Source of the DNA: Candidatus Uhrbacteria bacterium
GTDB taxonomy: Bacteria; Patescibacteriota; Patescibacteriia; UBA9934
Reading direction: 5' to 3'
Length of the DNA stretch: 57,531 nt
Assembly (NCBI GenBank): GCA_943357745.1
Contig: CALRGN010000001.1
Location: forward strand, 1-57,531
In this document: positions 36,728 through 44,055 of the stretch, piece after piece
How the letters are laid out: each line of letters begins with the position of its first letter
How positions within the stretch are numbered: position 1 is the stretch's first letter
The notes under the pieces: model-generated
Seen by the model: only the letters and a program-made list of their open reading frames with translations
Databases searched by the model: none
Told to the model about the DNA's origin: nothing
Made by a program: the position numbers and the translations under genes

Positions 36728-37645
36728 TTAGATTTTTAGATGTTTCCTCATTGACCAAATAATCGTTATAGCTACGCAGACCGCCATAATCAAATACTCG
36801 GCGGTAAGGTAGAAAACTAGATCAGGTATGGTAATTGCACCGGCAATAAAGTGATAATCCCCAACAAATCGCTCTAAACTAGGTAAGCCATAGTGCCACA
36901 ACCCCCACCCTATCAGATTAACTATCACCACCGCAACCGTCACCAAGATTAAACCCTCTACCACAAACGGACCCTTAATAAACCAGTCCTTAGCCCCCAC
37001 TAGCTTCATTACCCCGATTTCTTCTCTTCGCACGTAAATTCCTAATCTGATTGAGTTGAAAATAATCATCAAACTAATCAATCCAAATAAAATTGAGATT
37101 GACCAACCGCCCACCGTTACTCGATTGGTTATCTCTCCCAAACGAGTAGCGATCGGTGCATAATCAGAGAGTGAAGTTGACTCTATCAAACTGGAGAATT
37201 CCGGACTACCGGAGACCGCTTCTAAAATCAAAGGGAAATTCAAGGGATCCTTGGCGGCTACTCTTATCATCGGTCCAAACGGATTTTCTCCCACCTCTCC
37301 TAAACCGGCTAATATTTGTTCATCATCAGCGTGTCTAAGTTTGAATGCTTCAAGATTTTCTTCAGCGTCAATCAGTACCACCCTTTTAGTTTCAGGCAAA
37401 GTAGTTAAGTATCCATACAACGCCCCTTGTTCTGCCACAGTAACACCGCTATTCAAGAATATTTGAGCCGTGATTTCTTCACCTAGCTTGCCCGCTAGAG
37501 CCTGACTCAATACTGAGATTCCCAAAATAAGATTCACACTCAACAAAGTTAAAATCAACAGAAATAAAGTTACTACACTCAACCAAAAATTACGAAACAA
37601 CCCCTGAAGCGAATACTTGATCATTCTAATAATTGATCGCATCAT
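36728..37645 (-). CDS. ftsX: Cell-division ABC transporter permease-like protein FtsX
   Basis: 4-TM topology with a large first extracytoplasmic loop, MKLVGA motif, directly downstream of ftsE with an overlap. Confidence 0.8.
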   Translation of the reverse strand: MMRSIIRMIKYSLQGLFRNFWLSVVTLFLLILTLLSVNLILGISVLSQALAGKLGEEITAQIFLNSGVTVAEQGALYGYLTTLPETKRVVLIDAEENLEAFKLRHADDEQILAGLGEVGENPFGPMIRVAAKDPLNFPLILEAVSGSPEFSSLIESTSLSDYAPIATRLGEITNRVTVGGWSISILFGLISLMIIFNSIRLGIYVRREEIGVMKLVGAKDWFIKGPFVVEGLILVTVAVVIVNLIGWGLWHYGLPSLERFVGDYHFIAGAITIPDLVFYLTAEYLIMAVCVAITIIWSMRKHLKI

Positions 37646-38322
37646 AGATGGTACTGACCATGCAAAACATCATTAGAAACCTTGCCGTCCTTGAGAGTAA
37701 TCACTCGCCGGCGCAAACGATTGACAATCTCCCGATCATGAGTAACTAATAATACTGTAGTTCCGAATTCATTTATTTTCTTTAGGAGCTCAATGATCTC
37801 CCCCGCATTAATGGCGTCCAGGTTACCGGTTGGTTCATCCGCTAACAAGATTTTTGGCCGATGCGCTAATGCTCTAGCAATTGAAACTCTCTGTTGCTCT
37901 CCACCAGAAAGTTGATGCGGATACCGGTTTGCAACTCCGGTTAAATTCACAATTTTCAAAACTTGTGGCGCAATTTCCAAAATTTGCCTCCGGGTGGTTC
38001 CGGATACTTCAAGGGCGAACGCAACATTTTCATAAGCAGTTCTATTGGGTAACAATTTGAAATCCTGAAAAACCACTCCCACCTGTCGTCTTAAATCCGG
38101 CACCTCTCCCCTTGAAATCTTGTTAATTTCCCAGTCACCTAATTTAATTTTTCCTGATGTTGGTTTTTCCTCTGCCAACAACAATTTGCCAAGAGTAGTT
38201 TTGCCAGAACCGCTTGCACCCACAATAGAAACAAATTCCCCTGGTTTAATATGAAAACTAACCCCGTCTAAGACTTTAATTTTTGGCGGGTAAACCTTAA
38301 CTACATCTTCAAAAGTAATCAT
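37642..38322 (-). CDS. ftsE: Cell-division ATP-binding protein FtsE
   Basis: GASGSGKTT Walker A, LSGGEQQRVSIARAL signature and LLADEPTGNLD Walker B. Start at 38322 (MITFEDV), 6 nt downstream of TATAAT (38329-38334), with CTGACA at -35. Confidence 0.9.
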   Translation of the reverse strand: MITFEDVVKVYPPKIKVLDGVSFHIKPGEFVSIVGASGSGKTTLGKLLLAEEKPTSGKIKLGDWEINKISRGEVPDLRRQVGVVFQDFKLLPNRTAYENVAFALEVSGTTRRQILEIAPQVLKIVNLTGVANRYPHQLSGGEQQRVSIARALAHRPKILLADEPTGNLDAINAGEIIELLKKINEFGTTVLLVTHDREIVNRLRRRVITLKDGKVSNDVLHGQYHL

Positions 38323-38354
38323 GCCTAGATTATAGCAAAATTTTATCGGTATGT

Positions 38355-38391
38355 CAGAAAACAAAAACGCGCCCCCTTTCCGGGTGACGCG
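38355..38391 (-). terminator. Intrinsic terminator downstream of cassette C (G+C stem followed by TTTTTGTTTT on the minus strand)
   Basis: Minus strand reads gcgcgtcaccc-ggaaa-gggggcgcg followed by tttttgtttt. Confidence 0.65.
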
Positions 38392-38411
38392 CTACTTACG
38401 CCGAACGCCGA

Positions 38412-39005
38412 TCAATCAGGAAATTCCAAGTAACACGGCCGATTGCCACAACCATAGTTATGCCAATATGATCCTCCGCTTTCTGAGGAATGAAGCGTAA
38501 AGGTTTGAAGAGCAATTCCCGGAATGCTGATTGTGCACTCCGTAGTCACCCTCTCAGGACCAGTCACTTCTTTATAGCAAGTGATGCTTCCGGTGGTACC
38601 AGTCGTACTGGCAGTCCTGGTACCACAACGCAACCGCACTGGCTTAGTCAAGGCCAATAACGCCGACGGAACCGAACCTGGCGATACGACCCCCTTAATA
38701 GTGAGTGGCCATCCAGTAAGCATTGTTTCCGTAGCTCGCTGAACACTCTCACCATCAGCAGAAGCTACCGCCATCAAGGTAAAATCCCCCGAGACAACGG
38801 ATTCTCCGCTGGGGACTCGGTCCGATACTCTAATCCGCTGTTGCCCTAGCTGGTAACATCCATCTCTGTCAACGGCCGGCAATACCCTCACAATCCGAGT
38901 CAACGCTACCGCCAGACGCTCCAAGTGGGTGCTAAATCCATAGGCAACCAAATCTCCCGGTTGTGCCCGCCGGAGATCCAAACCAAAATATGAACGATCA
39001 GTCAT
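38412..39005 (-). CDS. Orphan hypothetical protein (197 aa), G+C-rich cassette C
   Basis: AAGGGAG lies 5 nt upstream of the ATG at 39005. 35/60 G+C in line 38581-38640. Ser/Thr/Gly-rich, with several Cys near the C-terminus (ITCYKE, TTECTIS, YGCGNRPCY). No recognisable domain or signal peptide. Confidence 0.5.
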   Translation of the reverse strand: MTDRSYFGLDLRRAQPGDLVAYGFSTHLERLAVALTRIVRVLPAVDRDGCYQLGQQRIRVSDRVPSGESVVSGDFTLMAVASADGESVQRATETMLTGWPLTIKGVVSPGSVPSALLALTKPVRLRCGTRTASTTGTTGSITCYKEVTGPERVTTECTISIPGIALQTFTLHSSESGGSYWHNYGCGNRPCYLEFPD

Positions 39006-39027
39006 GCAATCTCCCTTGTGGGCAATA

Positions 39028-39056
39028 ACCCTATCAGAAAATCCAATAAATAGCAA
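39028..39056 (-). promoter_or_regulatory. Candidate promoter for cassette C (TTGCTA - 17 nt - TAGGGT)
   Basis: Hexamers read on the minus strand. The region overlaps the divergent bcp promoter (TGcTATAAT at 39061-39069). Confidence 0.3.
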
Positions 39057-39081
39057 ATCCTGCTATAATTGTAAAGACTAT

Positions 39082-39543
39082 ATGACCATTGGCCAAAACG
39101 CCCCAACATTTTCACTCCTAGATCAAAACTCCATCCCCCACACCTTAACCGACTATCGTGGCCAGTGGGTTTTGCTTTATTTTTATCCTAAAGATGATAC
39201 CCCGGGTTGCACCAAGGAGGCTTGTGGGTTCCGAGATTCATTTGCCCAATTCAAAAAGAATAACGCCGTGATATTGGGAGTAAGTCCCGATAGCGTCAAA
39301 AGCCATGATAAGTTTCAAGCTAAATACGCTTTGCCGTTTCCCTTACTATCAGATTCAGAAAAAACGGTCGTAAAACTCTATCAGGTTTGGGCACCCAAGA
39401 AATTTATGGGTCGAGAATTTATCGGCACCTTGCGGTCTTCTTTCCTAATTGACCCCACCGGAAAAATTGCCAAGATTTATGAAAAAGTTAAACCAGACGG
39501 TCACGCCACCCAAGTGCTCTCTGATATCAAAATCCTAACATGA
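39082..39543 (+). CDS. bcp: Thiol peroxidase, Bcp-type peroxiredoxin
   Basis: LYFYPKDDTPGCTKEAC peroxidatic-Cys motif. Start taken at the internal Met (MTIGQNAPTF). Confidence 0.85.
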   Translation: MTIGQNAPTFSLLDQNSIPHTLTDYRGQWVLLYFYPKDDTPGCTKEACGFRDSFAQFKKNNAVILGVSPDSVKSHDKFQAKYALPFPLLSDSEKTVVKLYQVWAPKKFMGREFIGTLRSSFLIDPTGKIAKIYEKVKPDGHATQVLSDIKILT

Positions 39544-39550
39544 TTTTTAG

Positions 39551-39769
39551 CTAATGATAATCTTGCCGGCCGCTCATCAGCGTACGGGCCCTCACCAGCC
39601 CTTCTTCCGGCGTAATTTTTCCCTCGCCCACTTTAGCAATCAAGTCAGTTAAACTCTCTCGTTCAGTATCCCCTGCTCCCGTAACCGCCAAGTCACCAAG
39701 CATCGCCGTGATTTCCAGCACGGCCTCATTGATAGTAGGATTTCCCCGTCCTGATTCAAATTTAGACAT
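39551..39769 (-). CDS. Small hypothetical protein (72 aa)
   Basis: ORF co-directional with the upstream tRNAs. No motif recognised. Start at the internal Met (MSKFESG). Confidence 0.35.
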   Translation of the reverse strand: MSKFESGRGNPTINEAVLEITAMLGDLAVTGAGDTERESLTDLIAKVGEGKITPEEGLVRARTLMSGRQDYH

Positions 39770-39830
39770 AAAAATAAATATATAGTTTTCCCCAACCAAA
39801 CTACAACGGGCTCTAAACCTTTTAATTGAA

Positions 39831-39902
39831 GCCGATGGTGGGAATCGAACCCACGACCTCTACTTTACGAAAGTATTGCTCTACCAGCTGAGCTACATCG
39901 GC
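39831..39902 (-). tRNA. tRNA-Thr (anticodon CGU)
   Basis: The reverse complement folds into a cloverleaf: GCCGATG acceptor, GCTC/GAGC D-stem, anticodon loop TTCGTAA, GTGGG-TTCGATT-CCCAC T-arm. CCA is not encoded. Confidence 0.85.
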
Positions 39903-39943
39903 AAAAAAACAACTAACCTCTAAGACCAAAAACTAACGGGATT

Positions 39944-40017
39944 TGGAGCGGAATACGAGAATCGGACTCGCGTCTTCAGCTTGGGAAGCTGACATACTAC
40001 CATTGTACTAATCCCGC
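39944..40017 (-). tRNA. tRNA-Gly (anticodon CCC) with encoded CCA and a non-canonical T-loop (UCCGAUU, C at position 55)
   Basis: The reverse complement folds as GCGGGAT acceptor, anticodon arm TCAGC-TTCCCAA-GCTGA, T-arm GCGAG-TCCGATT-CTCGT, and 3' ATTCCGC-T-CCA. Confidence 0.8.
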
Positions 40018-40070
40018 CTAAATTGTAACCGATCGTATTTTATCGTGATAAAACAATTATTACAAATCAA

Positions 40071-40946
40071 TCAACCTTTTAAACGCCATCTAATTTTTGG
40101 GGACCAAATTCTTTGGGTCCCAAATTGCGTTTTAAATAGCGAATATCCAGGGGTTACATACCAACCCAATGGCCAGGGATACCATTGCGATAACTCTCCA
40201 AAGGAATGTGATCTCATTTCTTTTTCCAAGCCTAAATTAAACCACCAATTTATCAGCCCCACCATCCCATGTTTATTACCATGCTTCACATCAAACGCTC
40301 CGGTCAAATAGTAAGAATGTTTGAGTTCATTTAACCAACCCACCACCATAATTGCGATTGGCTCACCGGAATACTCCGCCACTAAATAAGATAGCTCTTC
40401 CGGGTTTAGTAAATGATGCTTCCTACTAAGCTCTATATAAATTTTCCTTATCCCTCTTGGCACCTGAGACCGCTTCATTAAAATCTCAAGATCTGCCTCA
40501 TCACCATATCTAAATTTTACTCCAGTTTTTTCACATTGCTTCAGCTGGCGTCTGGCAGACGCGCCCCAATTTTTTGTGACCGGTGCCGATAAAAGCGTAA
40601 CTCCTTCATATAACCTTGCCGGCAAAGAAATCCAACCTGGTATGGCCGGACTATCCAGAGTAGGCGCCCACTCTCTTAGCGTAAACCAGCTGGTACTTTC
40701 TGGCCATTGATGCGGTTCTTTTTTTAATGTAAAAGCTCTAAACCAACAAAAAATTCGGTTTTTGATCACGGTAATCACATAGCCATCTTCAATGTCTAAA
40801 ATTGGCATTACCGATCTGGCTACTCGCTTTTGCCATTTTGACGGCCAATGATTCAAAGGAAATCTTGAATCAATCGCACAGCCATCGTTAACCCACTTAA
40901 GGCGTGATAATTTCATAATCCAATCGATCGTACCAAGGCGAACCAT
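40071..40946 (-). CDS. FemAB-like / GNAT (Acetyltransf_6-like) family protein
   Basis: ARRQLKQCEKTGVKFRYG..., LVAEYSGEPIAIMVVGW..HSYYLTGAFD...GLINWW resembles FemAB/BioF2-like acyl- or aminoacyl-transferases. The start could be 40916. Confidence 0.4.
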   Translation of the reverse strand: MVRLGTIDWIMKLSRLKWVNDGCAIDSRFPLNHWPSKWQKRVARSVMPILDIEDGYVITVIKNRIFCWFRAFTLKKEPHQWPESTSWFTLREWAPTLDSPAIPGWISLPARLYEGVTLLSAPVTKNWGASARRQLKQCEKTGVKFRYGDEADLEILMKRSQVPRGIRKIYIELSRKHHLLNPEELSYLVAEYSGEPIAIMVVGWLNELKHSYYLTGAFDVKHGNKHGMVGLINWWFNLGLEKEMRSHSFGELSQWYPWPLGWYVTPGYSLFKTQFGTQRIWSPKIRWRLKG

Positions 40947-41268
40947 CTATAAATCGCCATCGATTTTCTTGCCATTCAACTGGTCGGCTGTAATCTTCCC
41001 CCACCTTGGGCCAAAAATGAATTTCTCCCACTTCAGAATGCTTAATAAGATTGAAAGTAAACTTACCTTCACTTTTTAGATTAGGATAGCCATTAAGATT
41101 ATATTTATTTCCGTGAAATGTATAGAGTTGATATCCTAGTCTATCTTCACTGCGCCATCCCCACTCTCCGCTCAACTTTGTAGGACGATTAATTATGAAC
41201 AAAATTGGCAAGATTAAAAAAAACAGCAATCCAAAAAATGCCAAGATTTTAGACCACCAGTTTCTCAT
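40897..41268 (-). CDS. Hypothetical membrane-anchored protein (123 aa)
   Basis: N-terminal TM (ILAFFGLLFFLILPILFII) and an aromatic-rich domain. ATGA-type overlap with msrA. Confidence 0.4.
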   Translation of the reverse strand: MRNWWSKILAFFGLLFFLILPILFIINRPTKLSGEWGWRSEDRLGYQLYTFHGNKYNLNGYPNLKSEGKFTFNLIKHSEVGEIHFWPKVGEDYSRPVEWQENRWRFIDGSPWYDRLDYEIITP

Positions 41269-41903
41269 ACTAGGTCTGGCTTCAACAATTCTTGATAACT
41301 CTCTCTCAACTTAGAAAGCTTTGGAGAAATCACCGCCACGCAATACCCTTGCTCCGGATTACGATCATAATAATTCTGATGATACTCCTCCGCCGGATAA
41401 AAATTAGCCAACGGTTCCACCGTGGTAACGATTTTGCCGCTAAATATCTGGTTCGTCGTTAGTTGGGCAATGAATTTTTCACTTTCTTGTTTTCCTTGGT
41501 CTGAAGAATAAAAGATTGTCGACCGGTATTGCCTTCCCACATCCGGGCCCTGTCTATTCAAAGTGGTTGGGTCATGAAGGGTAAAAAAAATAGTCAGTAA
41601 TTTTTGGTAAGAAATAATCTTAGCATCAAAAAAAACTGCTATCGTTTCCACGAAATCAGTTTTTCCGGTGGAGATTTGATCGTAGGTCGGAGAGACGCTC
41701 GGCGGGACGGTCGTCGGAGGGACGCTCGGCGGGACGGTCGGCGGGACGGTCGGCAGGACGGTCGGCGACACCATCGTCGGCGTGATTGGCACGGCAATCG
41801 CATAACCAGAGATCACTTTTTCAACACCAATCACCCGTTTAAAAACCGCATCCATGCACCAAAAACATCCGCCCCCAAAGTAGGCAATCATCAGTTTTTC
41901 CAT
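41265..41903 (-). CDS. msrA: Peptide methionine (S)-S-oxide reductase MsrA with a Pro/Thr/Val-rich insertion
   Basis: GGGCFWC catalytic motif, HDPTTLNRQGPDVGRQYRS and EEYHQNY, with a 37-aa insertion between GY and PTY. Confidence 0.8.
   Translation of the reverse strand: MEKLMIAYFGGGCFWCMDAVFKRVIGVEKVISGYAIAVPITPTMVSPTVLPTVPPTVPPSVPPTTVPPSVSPTYDQISTGKTDFVETIAVFFDAKIISYQKLLTIFFTLHDPTTLNRQGPDVGRQYRSTIFYSSDQGKQESEKFIAQLTTNQIFSGKIVTTVEPLANFYPAEEYHQNYYDRNPEQGYCVAVISPKLSKLRESYQELLKPDLV
41691..41801 (-). repeat. In-frame G+C-rich 12-nt tandem repeat (gacggtcggcgg-type units) encoding AIAVPITPTMVSPTVLPTVPPTVPPSVPPTTVPPSVS
   Basis: Plus strand reads gacgctcggcgggacggtcgtcggagggacgctcggcgggacggtcggcgggacggtcggcaggacggtcggcgac. 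Confidence 0.85.
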
Positions 41904-42068
41904 AGTAAAATCAGTATAACATAGTGCTTATTAAGACTTCTAGCCTCAAGCGGTGGACTAAAAAATTCTTACCATTTGCTCCCGCCGTTTTTGATCCAAT
42001 CTTTCTGAGCAAGACCCACCAAACTTTCTTGACTTTAGATTCAACTTCCGCTATCATTCCGGAGCTTT

Positions 42069-43862
42069 ATGGAATTTAGAAACCTCGCTATCATTGCCCA
42101 CGTTGACCATGGTAAAACTACTCTGGTAGACGCCATGCTAAAACAGACCAACTCTTTTGCTGATCGTACTGATCCCGGGGTTTTAATAATGGATAACAAT
42201 GAGCTGGAGCGAGAGCGCGGGATTACTATTTACGCTAAAAATACGGCCGTTGTTTACAAGGGCGTAAAGATTAATATCGTGGACACCCCGGGTCACGCCG
42301 ATTTTGGTTCAGAAGTAGAGCGAGTATTACGGATGGTTGACTCTGTTCTTCTGCTGGTAGACGCTTATGAAGGCCCAATGCCACAAACCAAGTTCGTTTT
42401 AAGAAAGTCGCTGGCGCTTGGGTTAAAACCAATCGTGGTTATTAACAAAATTGATAAACCCACCGCTCGTCCTGATGCCGTGCTAAACATGATTTTTGAC
42501 CTCTTCGTGGAGCTTGGTGCCAAAGATGACCAGCTTGATTTCAAGTATATTTACGCCATTGGCAAACAAGGAATTTCTAAACTATCCCTCACGGATGACA
42601 ATCAAGATCTCACCTCACTATTCGATTTAATTCTTGCCACTGTCCCCCCCGCCGCCAGCGATATTTCAAAACCAATGCGCTTGCAGATCGCCAACTTAAA
42701 ATACGATAACTATGTTGGCAGAATCGGAGTTGGTAGGATTGTTGAAGGTACTTGCAAAATGGGAATGACCGCCACCGTTATTAAGTCAGATGGGGTACGG
42801 TATACCGGCAAAATCAGCAAGCTCTACACTCATGAGGGTCTTCAGCGAGTAGAGGTGAGTGAAGCCTTTGCCGGTGATATTGTTCAGATTGCCGGATTTC
42901 CGGAAATTTATGTGGGAGAAACAGTCGCCGAATCAGCTACGGCTGATGCCCTCCCAACACTAGCAATCGATGGACCCACTTTGACCATGAATTTCATGCC
43001 CAATACTTCTCCCTTTGCAGGAAGAGAAGGGTCATTAGTAACTTCAAGGCAGATCAGAGAAAGATTAGAGCGCGAGTTGGAAATCAATGTTGGCTTGCAA
43101 GTTGAATTTCCCACCTCTGATGGCGAATTTAAAGTTTCTGGCCGAGGTGAAATGCATCTTGCGGTGTTAATTGAGCAGATGCGCCGCGAAGGGTTTGAGC
43201 TTCAAGTCAGTCAACCTCAAGTAATTCTCAAACAAGAAAATGGGGTTCAAATGGAGCCAATGGAAACAGTCATCATTGATCTACCAGATAATTTTGCCGG
43301 CACCGTGATTGAAAAGCTAGGAAAGAGAAAAGGGGAGATGACCAACTTAACTACAGAAAACGGTTCCACTCGGCTTGAATACACCATTCCTACTAGAGGC
43401 ATACTTGGTCTAAGAACTGAATTCATGACCGATACCAAGGGAGAAGGAACATTCTCCCACATCTTTTCTAATTACGCTCCTCATAAAGGTGAAATTAGTC
43501 GGCGTACTGGTGGTTCCATCATCTCCGGTGATCAAGGCAAAACCACCCCGTATGCTTTAGCGATGATTCAAGAACGCGGCCCGCTTTTTATAGCACCCGG
43601 AACGGAAATTTATGAAGGGATGGTGATTGGCGCCAGCATGAAGGAATCAATGACAGTGAATGCTGTTAGAGAGAAAAAGCTCACCAACATGCGCGCCTCA
43701 AGTGCAGATCATATTGTAGTAATCACTCCCGCCATAGATATGAATCTAGAGCGAGCTTTGGAATATATTGATATTGATGAATATGTTGAAGTTACCCCCC
43801 AAAATATCAGAATCAGAAAAAAGCATCTTAAAGAAACAGATCGCCGAAGGTTTGACCGGTAA
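42069..43862 (+). CDS. typA: Translational GTPase TypA/BipA
   Basis: AHVDHGKTT, DTPGHADF and NKID GTPase motifs, with the BipA-specific C-terminal domain. TTGACT-17-TATCAT promoter and GGAG upstream. Confidence 0.9.
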   Translation: MEFRNLAIIAHVDHGKTTLVDAMLKQTNSFADRTDPGVLIMDNNELERERGITIYAKNTAVVYKGVKINIVDTPGHADFGSEVERVLRMVDSVLLLVDAYEGPMPQTKFVLRKSLALGLKPIVVINKIDKPTARPDAVLNMIFDLFVELGAKDDQLDFKYIYAIGKQGISKLSLTDDNQDLTSLFDLILATVPPAASDISKPMRLQIANLKYDNYVGRIGVGRIVEGTCKMGMTATVIKSDGVRYTGKISKLYTHEGLQRVEVSEAFAGDIVQIAGFPEIYVGETVAESATADALPTLAIDGPTLTMNFMPNTSPFAGREGSLVTSRQIRERLERELEINVGLQVEFPTSDGEFKVSGRGEMHLAVLIEQMRREGFELQVSQPQVILKQENGVQMEPMETVIIDLPDNFAGTVIEKLGKRKGEMTNLTTENGSTRLEYTIPTRGILGLRTEFMTDTKGEGTFSHIFSNYAPHKGEISRRTGGSIISGDQGKTTPYALAMIQERGPLFIAPGTEIYEGMVIGASMKESMTVNAVREKKLTNMRASSADHIVVITPAIDMNLERALEYIDIDEYVEVTPQNIRIRKKHLKETDRRRFDR

Positions 43863-43879
43863 AAGGCTCGCCTTTTACC
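43858..43879. terminator. Hairpin between convergent typA and a small ORF (ggtaaaagg-ctcg-ccttttacc)
   Basis: Perfect 9-bp stem overlapping the typA stop codon. Confidence 0.5.
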
Positions 43880-43887
43880 AAGGTCTC

Positions 43888-44040
43888 TTAGTTACCCCAT
43901 TGCCACTCTTTAAAAGCCAGTCCGATTACCACTATATTTAAAATTATCAGCCACCAACTTGCCGTTCCAGAAACCACCAGCAAAACATTGATCGCAATCA
44001 AAATTAAGGCTAGATAAAGGAGACCGGAAAATTTACTCAT
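43888..44040 (-). CDS. Small two-TM membrane protein (50 aa), not in the supplied ORF track
   Basis: My translation is MSKFSGLLYLALILIAINVLLVVSGTASWWLIILNIVVIGLAFKEWQWGN*. It fills the rpoD-typA gap. Confidence 0.4.
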   Translation of the reverse strand: MSKFSGLLYLALILIAINVLLVVSGTASWWLIILNIVVIGLAFKEWQWGN

Positions 44041-44055
44041 ATTAATAATCTTTTA

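Noticed and set aside
38412-38560. The C-terminus of the cassette C protein (GGSYWHNYGCGNRPCY) as a DGR variable region
   Set aside because: The window contains no reverse transcriptase, no Avd-like gene and no template repeat matching this segment. The sequence does not fit the usual C-type-lectin VR pattern.
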